Shown: positions 1 through 9,318 of the stretch, one piece after another
Layout of the letters: each line of letters begins with the position of its first letter
Position numbering within the stretch: position 1 is the stretch's first letter
Assembly (NCBI GenBank): GCA_965112635.1
Contig: OZ218778.1
Span: forward strand, 1,152,001 to 1,216,000
Reading direction: 5' to 3'
DNA: 64,000 nt
Origin: an uncultured bacterium
GTDB taxonomy: Bacteria; Oederibacteriota; Oederibacteriia; Oederibacteriales; Oederibacteriaceae
Made by a program: the position numbers and the translations under genes
Notes under the pieces: model-generated
The model's database searches: none
What the model was told of the DNA's origin: nothing
Seen by the model: the letters and a program-made list of their open reading frames with translations, nothing else

Positions 1-70
1 CCAATAAGATATTCCCTGGCTAATTATGGGTTATGTTTTTAGAATAATTTTTAGAAAGGGAGGCTGGAGC

Positions 71-2494
71 ATGGTAAGAAAGTTTTCGCTAGGTTTAATT
101 GGAAAAGGCATTCTTTTTACGCTATTTCTAGGTATTGCTCTGGAGGGGAAGGTCTCCCGGATATACGCTCAAGATGCAGGCTCTTATCTGCTTAAAGTCT
201 CGGCGATCGACCTTATAAAATCAGAAGAACCAAAAACCCAGCAGTGGTCTCCTGTCCAGTCGTTGGATGGGAAAAAGGTTGTGAAAGTGTTAGCTGGGAA
301 TAGGGGCGTTTTTTTGCTGCCTGCCTGGTGGGGAGATTCTCCCAGACCCAATGAAGGCGAACTGTACACCATGGAGATCGATTACAGGGATGATGTTTCC
401 AAGCTGGTGGTGGTTTCCTGTTTTGGCAATAACGCTGCAAACAACTATCTTAGGGAGGTTCATCGGATCGGCGGAGAGGGTACGGGACAGTGGAAAACGG
501 CCTATATCCCATTGTCCTGGGATTATCTCTATGCTGGTCCCGGTATGGCGGTAAGCCAAGGCCAGCAACAGATCGGCCTAGAAGTAGCCGGGAAAGACAA
601 AGACCTGCCTATTGCGGAAGTGCGCGTACGAAGAGCTGCTTTACCAGGCGATGCCGTGCGCTATGGTCAAGAGACCCGTACGTGGGTCCGTAAGTTGCAA
701 TCCCGCCATCCGGCCACCAGGATCGTCACGGTTGTTCCGCAAACCGTAGATCTGCCCGATGAATATAAAAGCAAGCCTTTAGTTCCTTTTGCCCAGACTT
801 ACTTGAAGCTGATCTTTAACACAGATGTTCCCGCTAAGCAATCGGTGGGAGTGCCTGTGCAAGTCCGCATGGCCTTGAATCAGCAATCAGCGGTACAGTT
901 CGGAGTTTACGCCAATGGCATAAACTTGAATAATGTGACTTACTCCTTGGGGGCCTTGAAAGACAGTGACGGCAATCCTCTAAAGTCTAAAGCAAAGCTT
1001 TATGCTGCCGAATATGACCTAGTCCAGGCAGACAATAATATGCTGCAATGGTATCCCCACCGTCTTTGGCCGTCTTTTCCCCTCACTATCAAGTCAGGAC
1101 AATCCCAGTGTTTCTGGATGACTTTGGAAACAAGAGCGGATACGACCAAGGCGGGGAGTTATAAGGGTGAGATCACCATTGTGGCTGAACAAGCGACGGA
1201 TTTGCAGAAGATAACTGAGAAAATACCTATCGAGGTGGATGTCCTGCCTATCAAGCTGTTGACCATGGAAGAGGCCGGGTTGACCATGGGTGGTTGCGTA
1301 TATGGTTTAACCACGTTCGGCGATATATCTTACGCTGCCAAAAATAATAACAATAGTGTGGACTTGTGGTGCTTTTCTTCCAGGCCAGCCATGTCCATCA
1401 GCGACGGCAAATTGGCCATTGATTTCACTCTGTTGGACGAATGGATGAAAGAAGCGAAGCGCCGGGGATGGCAAAAAGTGATGTATTTTATGGGAGAAGA
1501 TCCCCTTGGGTTTCCCCTGTTCATGGGCCTGGAAAAAGCTCTTTATGTCGCCCTTAGAACCGGTGCAAGAAAAACGATCACACCGCAGGAACACGACTCT
1601 TATATTGACGAGTATTGCCGGCTGGCCGGCGCCAAAGATTCGCGGGGCAAAGTGATCGATGAGATCAGACCTTATTTTATCCAGTGGGTCAAACAGATGA
1701 CCGAACATGGAAAGGCCAACGATTGGCCTGACCTTATCCTTACCCCCTTTGATGAGCCTGCCAAATATGTATGGGCTGGGAAAAAAGATGAGGTCAAGAG
1801 CGATCCGCGGGTGATCGGCTCGGGGATGTGGACCAAGGACCACTTCGAAGATTCGTGCAACTTGATCCGCGAGAACATGGCTCCCGGCACCTTGATCAGC
1901 GGGGATATCCACCACGCCTTTGGCACTATTTTCCTGCCAGACCTGGATATCTTCTGCACCAATGCCTGTGATGAGGATGTTTCTCTGGGCGATTCGGTCA
2001 GGGACGCAGAAAAAATACTCTGGCAATATTCGGGCGCAGGAGGTTCTCCTTTCGTTATCAGGATGTATTATGGGTTCCATTTCGCCAATTTTGACTCCCG
2101 GGGTTCTTTAGCCTGGGCCTATAACTGGAGCAACGCCAATTGGTTCGACCTTTCAGAAGGGGATAACTCCACGGTCGAGTGGCCTACGCCCATCGGCACG
2201 ATCGTCGACCCCTCTTATGAAGCTATCCGTGAAGGGCTGGATGACCGGCGCTATATCGAGACCCTGCGCGCCCTGGCTAAAGCCAAAGGGGTCTCCCCGG
2301 ATGTGGAAGCTTTTTTGAAAACTGTTTTTGATGATGCGGTGCGGACCCATAATGCCACGCCCCAAGACCGCAATCCACAGGCAATCATAGCCGACCCGGT
2401 GAAGCCTGAAACCTGGCCGGACGACAAAGAAGCGGTGCTGGATAAATGGCGTGGACAGATCGCGGATAAAATTGTGGAATTAATGGCTCGATAA
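71..2494 (+). CDS. Secreted glycoside hydrolase-like protein (GH123/DUF4091-like TIM barrel)
   Basis: Long ORF 26..2494; ATG at 71 follows GGAG; signal-peptide-like N-terminus (MVRKFSLGLIGKGILFTLFLGIAL); FDEP motif and C-terminal EAIREGLDDRRY resemble DUF4091-type hydrolases. Confidence 0.6.
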   Translation: MVRKFSLGLIGKGILFTLFLGIALEGKVSRIYAQDAGSYLLKVSAIDLIKSEEPKTQQWSPVQSLDGKKVVKVLAGNRGVFLLPAWWGDSPRPNEGELYTMEIDYRDDVSKLVVVSCFGNNAANNYLREVHRIGGEGTGQWKTAYIPLSWDYLYAGPGMAVSQGQQQIGLEVAGKDKDLPIAEVRVRRAALPGDAVRYGQETRTWVRKLQSRHPATRIVTVVPQTVDLPDEYKSKPLVPFAQTYLKLIFNTDVPAKQSVGVPVQVRMALNQQSAVQFGVYANGINLNNVTYSLGALKDSDGNPLKSKAKLYAAEYDLVQADNNMLQWYPHRLWPSFPLTIKSGQSQCFWMTLETRADTTKAGSYKGEITIVAEQATDLQKITEKIPIEVDVLPIKLLTMEEAGLTMGGCVYGLTTFGDISYAAKNNNNSVDLWCFSSRPAMSISDGKLAIDFTLLDEWMKEAKRRGWQKVMYFMGEDPLGFPLFMGLEKALYVALRTGARKTITPQEHDSYIDEYCRLAGAKDSRGKVIDEIRPYFIQWVKQMTEHGKANDWPDLILTPFDEPAKYVWAGKKDEVKSDPRVIGSGMWTKDHFEDSCNLIRENMAPGTLISGDIHHAFGTIFLPDLDIFCTNACDEDVSLGDSVRDAEKILWQYSGAGGSPFVIRMYYGFHFANFDSRGSLAWAYNWSNANWFDLSEGDNSTVEWPTPIGTIVDPSYEAIREGLDDRRYIETLRALAKAKGVSPDVEAFLKTVFDDAVRTHNATPQDRNPQAIIADPVKPETWPDDKEAVLDKWRGQIADKIVELMAR

Positions 2495-2509
2495 AAAACA
2501 AAATTTAAT

Positions 2510-2585
2510 CCTCGCAATTCCCTGGGGATTTGCGAGGTAACAGGCTACTAAAGGACTGTTATTAAGGTTTTTCAGTAGCCTGTTA
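2510..2585. repeat. Double-hairpin miniature inverted-repeat element, copy 1 (copy 2 at 39186-39256)
   Basis: Hairpin CCTCGCAATTCCC/GGGATTTGCGAGG abuts TAACAGGCTACT...AGTAGCCTGTTA; loop AAGGACTGTTATTA is shared with copy 2. Confidence 0.75.
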
Positions 2586-2631
2586 AAAAATAAAACCCTT
2601 CTGGGGTCATTCCGGAAGGGTTTTTATTTTT
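2586..2631. terminator. Bidirectional intrinsic terminator between convergent genes
   Basis: AAAAATAAAACCCTTCTGG...CCGGAAGGGTTTTTATTTTT stem with A/T runs on both sides. Confidence 0.8.
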
Positions 2632-2661
2632 AAACCACCCTTTAAAACCTTTGGGTGGCAA

Positions 2662-5600
2662 TCATTGTTTAGCAGCAGCCTCTTCGTGGTCCACTTCCCT
2701 CAAGGCCGGCCTGCCTAGCACTTTGCGCGTCCAGACGCGGAACCGGTCGACCCAGCTGAACATGGAGGGGATGACGATCAAGGTCAGGAGCGTGGAACTG
2801 ACCAGGCCCCCGATGACCGCAATACCCATGGACTGACGGAAGCGGCTGACCTCGGACAGGGCCATGGCCAGCGGGGTCATGCCGGCGATCAGGGCAAAAG
2901 TGGTCATAAGGATGGGGCGCAGACGGATCTTGCCGGCTTCAATGATGGCGTCATCCCTGGACCTTCCCCGGCGCATGAGCTGGTAGGTATAATCCACGAG
3001 CAGGATGGAGTTTTTCGCCACCAGGCCCATGAGCATAATCAGGGCGATCATGGACATGATGCTTAGAACCTGGCCGGTGAAAAGCAGGGCGCCGAAAGCA
3101 CCCAGCCCGGCCAGCGGTAGGGCGGTCATGATCAAGAGCGGCATGATGATAGATTCATACAGCGTGGCGAGGATTAAATACATAAAGATGAGGCCCAACA
3201 CCATGGCGATGACCATGTTGACGACCAGTTCCTGGAAGTCCTCGGCTTGCCCGATGAAGTCATACGTGATCCCGGCAGGGATCTTGCCTTCCTTTTCAAG
3301 CCCCTTCATGATCTTCCTGGCATCGTCCTCGATATTCCCCAGGGCCCCCAAACCGCCAAGCTGTCCGCCAACCTGGATGTAGCGGATCCGGTCGCGACGG
3401 TCGATCCGGGTGGGGCCCAGCGTGTTCTTGGGCGTGGCGACATTGGCCAGGCGCACCAGCTGATTGTTCATATTAGGGATGTAGTACGAACCGTAGGCCT
3501 GGGAGAGGTCGCGCTGGTCCTCCTGCAGGCGGACGCGGATATCATATTCCAGGCCGTTCTCCCTGAATTTGGCTGGCACGATGCCGTCCACCATGCCGCG
3601 GAGCTCAGAGCCAGCCATGACCGTGGAAACGCCCAAGCTTTTGATCCTGTCCGGCTCCATGATGATCTGGAATTCCGGCTTACCGGTCTTGTAACTGATG
3701 TCCAGGTCCTTCAGATCCCTGATGCTCTTAAAAGATTCTCCGGCCATTTTGGCGACCTGGTCCATTTTTTCCAGGTCATCCCCCATCACGATCATGGTAA
3801 AAGGAGGTCTGTTGTCACCGCCCATCTGCACATTGCCCACCTGGGGGCTGAAATTTGCGAAGACCTTGAACTCATCCCTGAGAACTTCCTGCATATGGGT
3901 CGTAGTCATTTTAGGACGGAGCCTGTAATTGGTCATCTCCACGAAAATGCTGGCCACATTGGTTTCTCCCTCATCGTTGCCCACCTGCAAGGCCACATTG
4001 AGGTTCTCCGGATGGGACCGGATGACTGATTCGACCTTCTTGGAAGTGGCCAGCATAGCTTCCAGGGAGGTGCCCGGAGGGCCCTCCAGGCTGATCAAAT
4101 AAAAACCCACGTCCGGTTGGGTCATAAAAGTGCGCGGGAGCAAAATGAAAAAGATGACACCAATTACAAGGAACACAACGGTGCTGAGGAGGACCACCCA
4201 GCGGTGACGCAGGCAAAAACGCATGACCCGTTCATAAAAATCAACGAGCCAGGTTTGAAAGTGGCCGAAATAATAGGCCAGGGTGTGCAATGGCCAGAAA
4301 ATATAATAGAAGGTCTTCTTGATGGCGTTCCAGACCACCCGCCCAAAGCCAGGGGTTGTATTGTCCTGCCCGGACAGTTTATCTTTTTCGGCGGAGCTGC
4401 TCCTGGCCAGGTAGGCGGACAACATGGGAGCCACGGTCATGGCGTCAAAGAGGGAGATGGCCATGGTGAATACCACGGTGAATCCCATCTGCTTGAAAAA
4501 CTGGCCGATGGTGCCGTGCAAAAAACCGATGGGCATAAAAACAGAGATGACGGTGAGCGTGGTGGCCACCACGGCCATAGTGACCTCGTTGGTCCCGTGG
4601 ATGGCCGCGTCCTTGGGTGATTCGCCGTGCTCCAGGTGCCTCCAGATATTTTCACGGACCACGATAGCGTCGTCAATGAGCAAACCCACGGCCAGGGACA
4701 GGGACATCAGGGTGATCATGTTGATGGTAAAGCCCATCATATACATCAGGATGAAGGAGCCGATCAGGCTGTCGGGCAGGGCCATGCCCGTGATGAAGGT
4801 GGAGCGGAAGTTGCCCAAAAAGAGGTAGACGACAAAGACCGTGAGCAAGATGCCCAGGAGAATGGTGTTGCGCATATCCTCGATATCTATCTTGATGAAC
4901 TTGGCGTTATCCAGGGTCGTATTGAGCTGGGGCTTGCCTTTGGCTGACGAGAATTTATTGTTTATCTCCCTTATTTTGTTCTGCACAGCGTCGGCCACCT
5001 GTACCGTGTTGCTTCCCGACTGGCGGTAGATGTCCATGAAAAGGGATTTCTCGCCGTTATAAAAAGCCAGGTTCTTGGTGTCCTCGACCGTATCTTCCAC
5101 CGAGCCCACGTCCTGGAGGGTGACCGGGATATCGGAGCCGTAAAAGTTCACGACGGTCTTCCTGATCTTGTCCAGAGCATCGTATTCCCCGAGGGTCCGG
5201 AACGCCGTGCGCTTGTCCTTCCTGGATATCTCGCCTACCGGGATGTTCTGGCTGTTGGCCGCCAGGCGGTCGCTCACCATGCTCACGGACAGCTCGTGGG
5301 ATTTGAGGCGGTCCTTGTCCAGGGACACCTTGATCTCACGGCGCGTACCGCCCAGTATCTGCACCAGCGCCACATTCGGAACCTGTTCCAGCAGGGGTTT
5401 GATGGTTTCGTGGGCCAGGTCGTAGATCTGGGCCGGGGTCAGGTCCGCGGACAGGGAGACGCGGACGATGGGCTGGTCCGCGGGGTCGAAACGGCGGATG
5501 ACGGGCTCGTCTATTTCATTGGGCATGTTGGGCCGGGCCAGGGTGACCTTCTCGCGGACCTGCTGCTCGGCGTCCTTGACGTCGGTGCCGAGATAAAATT

Positions 5601-5880
5601 CGGCGAGCACCATGGAATAGCCGTCATGGTTCTCGGAGGTCAGGTGCTTGAGACCCGAAATAGCGCTGATCTGCTCTTCCAGAGGCTTGGAGACCAGGGT
5701 CTCTATTTCATGGGGTCCGGCGCCGCGGTAGGTGGTGACTACCGAGATCATGGGAAAGGATACATCGGGGAATTGGTCCACGCCGATGCGGAAATAGCAC
5801 AGGCTTCCCACCACCAGGATCAAAGCCACAAAGCTCATAATCAGGGTGGGTCTTCTGACCGAAAGTGCTGCTAGGTTCAT
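2662..5880 (-). CDS. RND efflux transporter permease (AcrB/HAE1 family)
   Basis: 1072 aa; VRRP N-terminus, GLLIDDAIVVRENI, GLVAKNSILLVD and RLRPILMTT are RND signature motifs. Confidence 0.95.
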   Translation of the reverse strand: MNLAALSVRRPTLIMSFVALILVVGSLCYFRIGVDQFPDVSFPMISVVTTYRGAGPHEIETLVSKPLEEQISAISGLKHLTSENHDGYSMVLAEFYLGTDVKDAEQQVREKVTLARPNMPNEIDEPVIRRFDPADQPIVRVSLSADLTPAQIYDLAHETIKPLLEQVPNVALVQILGGTRREIKVSLDKDRLKSHELSVSMVSDRLAANSQNIPVGEISRKDKRTAFRTLGEYDALDKIRKTVVNFYGSDIPVTLQDVGSVEDTVEDTKNLAFYNGEKSLFMDIYRQSGSNTVQVADAVQNKIREINNKFSSAKGKPQLNTTLDNAKFIKIDIEDMRNTILLGILLTVFVVYLFLGNFRSTFITGMALPDSLIGSFILMYMMGFTINMITLMSLSLAVGLLIDDAIVVRENIWRHLEHGESPKDAAIHGTNEVTMAVVATTLTVISVFMPIGFLHGTIGQFFKQMGFTVVFTMAISLFDAMTVAPMLSAYLARSSSAEKDKLSGQDNTTPGFGRVVWNAIKKTFYYIFWPLHTLAYYFGHFQTWLVDFYERVMRFCLRHRWVVLLSTVVFLVIGVIFFILLPRTFMTQPDVGFYLISLEGPPGTSLEAMLATSKKVESVIRSHPENLNVALQVGNDEGETNVASIFVEMTNYRLRPKMTTTHMQEVLRDEFKVFANFSPQVGNVQMGGDNRPPFTMIVMGDDLEKMDQVAKMAGESFKSIRDLKDLDISYKTGKPEFQIIMEPDRIKSLGVSTVMAGSELRGMVDGIVPAKFRENGLEYDIRVRLQEDQRDLSQAYGSYYIPNMNNQLVRLANVATPKNTLGPTRIDRRDRIRYIQVGGQLGGLGALGNIEDDARKIMKGLEKEGKIPAGITYDFIGQAEDFQELVVNMVIAMVLGLIFMYLILATLYESIIMPLLIMTALPLAGLGAFGALLFTGQVLSIMSMIALIMLMGLVAKNSILLVDYTYQLMRRGRSRDDAIIEAGKIRLRPILMTTFALIAGMTPLAMALSEVSRFRQSMGIAVIGGLVSSTLLTLIVIPSMFSWVDRFRVWTRKVLGRPALREVDHEEAAAKQ

Positions 5881-5892
5881 TATTAACCTTTC

Positions 5893-7977
5893 CTAATTTG
5901 CGTTGTAAAGCTTGGCCTGGGCCAGGATGGACAGTTTTTCCACCCCCAGCCTCAGGGTGTTCAATTGGGCTTGGTCAAAGTCGTCCTCGAAAGATAACAA
6001 CTGGAATGTCGTGGTCCGGCCGTTGTTAAAGCGTTCCGTCTCGTTCTTCAGTTTTTCCTCCTGGAGGTCCTGGATCTCCTTAGCCAGGGACAGGCGGGTG
6101 TTCACGTCCTCCCAGCTTTTCAAAAGGTTCCGCCAGTCCTGGGATTCGTTGAGTTTGGCGCTGTCCAGGTTGCGCTGGGCGGCCGCGTAGTCCGAATCAT
6201 AGCCCTGCTGGATCTGGTTCAGGGTGAAAAAATCCAGGGGCGCAATAAAGGTCAGGCCCACCGTGTAGGTAGGCTGGCCACCGCTCAACGAGGTGTCGTA
6301 GGCGGCCAGGGCGCCGTAGTCGTGGCCGTTGTAAACCACGGTGCCGAAGGCGTTGAGGTCGGGCAGGGATTTGTAGAACGTCTCTGTGACCTCGTACCGG
6401 GCGCTTTGCATCATCAGGCCGGAGGCCTGGACGTCCAACCGGTCATTCTGTTTTTTGATCTCGGCGTTCTGGAAAGAGGGGTCGCTCAAACGGTGGTTCA
6501 GGTCCTCCAGGTTTTCCGGCACCTCGTCGCCGCTCCGGCCCCGGAAGGTGTTGAAATTGCGCTGCTGGGTGAGCAGGTCCTGCTGGGCCATTTTAAGGTT
6601 CAGCTCCTTGAGCTTGTAGGCCGCCTGCGTCTGATAAAGGTCGGAGCGGTCCGCCAGGTTGAGGTTGACGCGCCTTTGGCTCCATTCCAAAAGTTTGGCC
6701 GTGCGGGAAAGGGATTCCTGGTCGTAGGCCACCACGGCGCGGGCCAGGGAAAGCTGCCAGTAGGCCATTTCAGCCTGGGATTTCAAAGTTTCCGCCCGCA
6801 GGTGTTCGGCCTTTTCCGCTGCGTTGGCCTGGGCTTTGGTCTTGCTGACGGTGGACCCGGTCAGGCCGCACATGAAATCGCGGAGCAGGGACTGGGACAC
6901 CGTCAAACTGGGTGCCACGTCGTAGTACGGTATGGAGGGGACCAGGCTGTCCAAAAGGCTGGGTGGAAACCCCGGTATGCCGGTCAAGGAAGGGAACATG
7001 AGGTTCGTGTAGTTCAGCCCGTAGTTCAGAGAGATCGTGGTCCCGGTGAACCATTTTTTGGAAAGCCCCAAGTTCCAAGAATAGGCCTGTGTCTCGCTGG
7101 GGCTTAACAGGGAGGTGGGCTGCTTTTTGTCGTCCACCGCCGTATAGTTTGCGTTAAACAGAGGAGAAAATTCCATATCCACTTCCTTGGCTTTGAGGGT
7201 GTAGCCTTTTTGGGTCTGGCTGGAGGCCTGGAGGGCTGGATTGTTGTCCTGCACCTGGGATAAATAATCATCCACGTTAAGCACTGCCTGGGCGCCGGTC
7301 CACACGGGAGCGAACAAGAAGGAAAGACCCAAGAACAAAAGCGGCATGGCTTTTTTACCAGTCTTATAAAGTTTTTTCATGCCTTCCGCAAAGATGGTTG
7401 CGAGCGAATGGACATACTCTTTGTCCGAAAATTCTAGGGAGGGTCCTGTTTTCCACATTTTCTTTTCCGTGGCGTAGCGGATGAGCGAACCTATGAACTG
7501 GTGCAGGAACATGAACTGGGATTTTTTGCCAACTTTATTGTGCAGTAAACGGCCATGACAATGGTTGAAATCCATGTCGTGGGTCTGTTCTTTTGAAATG
7601 GTTAGAAAGATTTTACGCATGAAGGGGTCGGTATAGGCGTTCCTTAACATTAATTGCATAAATTCCTGGCTTTCCTTTTTCTCCATGTCGTTCAAAAAAC
7701 TCATGCCTATCTGGTTAAGCATCTCAAAGGGGCCTTTGGCGATGGGGAAAGCGTTGATCTGTGAATGGATGACCTTGATCCTCCAGCGGACCAGCTCGTG
7801 CAGGACCTGTTCTTTGCTTTTGAAATAGTGGTAGAGGCTGGCCTTTTGCATTTTACAGGCCTGCGCGATAGCGCTCATGCTGGTCTCGCCGTAGCCTTTG
7901 ACCGCGAAAAGGTGCATGGCGATCTTGAAGATACGCTCCCTTTGTTTGTTGTGTATCACTGGGTTAAGGGTTTTCAT
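5893..7977 (-). CDS. In-frame fusion: TetR/AcrR-family regulator (aa ~1-199), Sec signal peptide, TolC-family outer membrane efflux protein
   Basis: N-terminal HTH (AMHLFAVKGYGETSMSAIAQACKMQKASLYHYFKSKEQ); internal MKKLYKTGKKAMPLLFLGLSFLFAPVWTGAQA; outer-membrane-efflux motif ERFNNGRTTTFQLLSFEDD. Confidence 0.85.
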   Translation of the reverse strand: MKTLNPVIHNKQRERIFKIAMHLFAVKGYGETSMSAIAQACKMQKASLYHYFKSKEQVLHELVRWRIKVIHSQINAFPIAKGPFEMLNQIGMSFLNDMEKKESQEFMQLMLRNAYTDPFMRKIFLTISKEQTHDMDFNHCHGRLLHNKVGKKSQFMFLHQFIGSLIRYATEKKMWKTGPSLEFSDKEYVHSLATIFAEGMKKLYKTGKKAMPLLFLGLSFLFAPVWTGAQAVLNVDDYLSQVQDNNPALQASSQTQKGYTLKAKEVDMEFSPLFNANYTAVDDKKQPTSLLSPSETQAYSWNLGLSKKWFTGTTISLNYGLNYTNLMFPSLTGIPGFPPSLLDSLVPSIPYYDVAPSLTVSQSLLRDFMCGLTGSTVSKTKAQANAAEKAEHLRAETLKSQAEMAYWQLSLARAVVAYDQESLSRTAKLLEWSQRRVNLNLADRSDLYQTQAAYKLKELNLKMAQQDLLTQQRNFNTFRGRSGDEVPENLEDLNHRLSDPSFQNAEIKKQNDRLDVQASGLMMQSARYEVTETFYKSLPDLNAFGTVVYNGHDYGALAAYDTSLSGGQPTYTVGLTFIAPLDFFTLNQIQQGYDSDYAAAQRNLDSAKLNESQDWRNLLKSWEDVNTRLSLAKEIQDLQEEKLKNETERFNNGRTTTFQLLSFEDDFDQAQLNTLRLGVEKLSILAQAKLYNAN

Positions 7978-7982
7978 GGTCT

Positions 7983-8015
7983 AATTAACCTACCGCTTGG
8001 TAGGTTAATTGTCAA
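7983..8015 (-). promoter_or_regulatory. Sigma70-type promoter overlapped by a TetR-type operator palindrome
   Basis: Minus strand TTGACA-17 nt-TAGGTT, then 9 nt to the ATG; perfect 12-bp inverted repeat AATTAACCTACC-GCTT-GGTAGGTTAATT (7983-8010). Confidence 0.8.
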
Positions 8016-8033
8016 GGTTAGTGTTTCATTAAA

Positions 8034-8047
8034 CTACCGGGGGGTAG
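8034..8047. promoter_or_regulatory. Second operator-like site CTACC-N4-GGTAG
   Basis: Same core and spacing as the 7990-8003 operator core, 44 bp away. Confidence 0.5.
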
Positions 8048-8063
8048 GGCAATGGCAAAGCGG

Positions 8064-9311
8064 TCATTTTAACCTATGGAGTATCTCTCCGGCGTGGTCC
8101 ACGACTAATTTATCCTTATCCTCACCATTTCTCCATTCAGAAAGAATAATATGGGCGGGATTTTTATAGCCGAGGTTGATCTTGTGGCAGCGTTCTGGCG
8201 GGATAGCGGTGGCCAGGGTCACTTTGATACGGGGTTTTTCTATCCCGTTATCAAAAGTGCCGACCCCGCGGACATGGGTGGAATGGGCCATGACCGAGCG
8301 GGAGACGCCTTTAAATCTGTTCTTTTGCATGAGGAAATAGTCCCGCACATGGTAACCGATCTTATCCAAAGTTTTACCATGGGTATAGGAGACCTCGGTG
8401 ATGTGCGGGGCATAGATGATGAGCTCGCCGCCGTCCGCGACGATAGGCTCAAGCTTATACATGACCTTGCCGGCTGTCCAAATATCATCGTACATCTTGG
8501 GGGCGATCCCCAAGACCTGGCGGTACTGGCGCCGCAAATAGACCATGTGCAGTTTGGAGGAGAGGTTGGCGGCTTTGGGCCAAGCTTCCCCATGCGAACC
8601 CGTGAAAAGGCCTTTGACCTGACCGTCTTTGATAACACTGCAGAGGAATAAGCAGGGTTTTTTGATGAAAGAAGCGGATTTGTTGATGACCCGGCGGACC
8701 GGCGTGTTTTTCCTGCCAATGATACCCATGTTGGTGATAACCGCGCCCAGCCAATGGAAAAAGTTCAGCACTTCCGGCCCTGCTACGCCCGGGAAAAAAT
8801 ACTTATTACCTCCTGAAAAACCTGCTACCTCGTGCGGGAAAACCGGGCCGTAAACAATAAGGTGATCGTATTCCAGCACTCTTTTGTTGATGGAAACTTT
8901 TACTTTTTCTTTGAAAAGACCGTTGGATAGTTTGTATATCTCATTGGCTGAAATAGTGCCGATAGTCTTGAGGTTCCTGGGGTTGTTCCAGCAGTGATTG
9001 AATATCCGACTTTTAGGGAATTCTTTCCGGCGCTGGGCAATGGACATCTGGAGATGCTCGGATATTTTGGATTCAGGCATGGGAGGGTGAGTGCCCAGGG
9101 CCAGCATGAAGTCCACTTGTTTGGCTTTTTTGGTCAGCAGTTCTGCCAGAGTTTTGTAAAAAAAGTGTGTCGGTCCGGAGCGAGAGTGATCTGGCAGGAT
9201 GACCAGGACGCGTTTGCCGGCCAAAGGCACGTGGTCTATGGCCTGGCAGCAAACTTTCCGGATTTCATTCTTTGAAAGGAATCTCTTCCCGGCTTTCTTG
9301 CCAAAGTACAT
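8064..9311 (-). CDS. LarA-like (lactate racemase superfamily, DUF2088) nickel-pincer epimerase/racemase
   Basis: PDHSR, ALGTH and FPHEVAGFSGGNK motifs; start placed at ATG 9311 (MYFGKK) just after the pfp stop. Confidence 0.8.
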   Translation of the reverse strand: MYFGKKAGKRFLSKNEIRKVCCQAIDHVPLAGKRVLVILPDHSRSGPTHFFYKTLAELLTKKAKQVDFMLALGTHPPMPESKISEHLQMSIAQRRKEFPKSRIFNHCWNNPRNLKTIGTISANEIYKLSNGLFKEKVKVSINKRVLEYDHLIVYGPVFPHEVAGFSGGNKYFFPGVAGPEVLNFFHWLGAVITNMGIIGRKNTPVRRVINKSASFIKKPCLFLCSVIKDGQVKGLFTGSHGEAWPKAANLSSKLHMVYLRRQYRQVLGIAPKMYDDIWTAGKVMYKLEPIVADGGELIIYAPHITEVSYTHGKTLDKIGYHVRDYFLMQKNRFKGVSRSVMAHSTHVRGVGTFDNGIEKPRIKVTLATAIPPERCHKINLGYKNPAHIILSEWRNGEDKDKLVVDHAGEILHRLK

Positions 9312-9318
9312 AATGACT

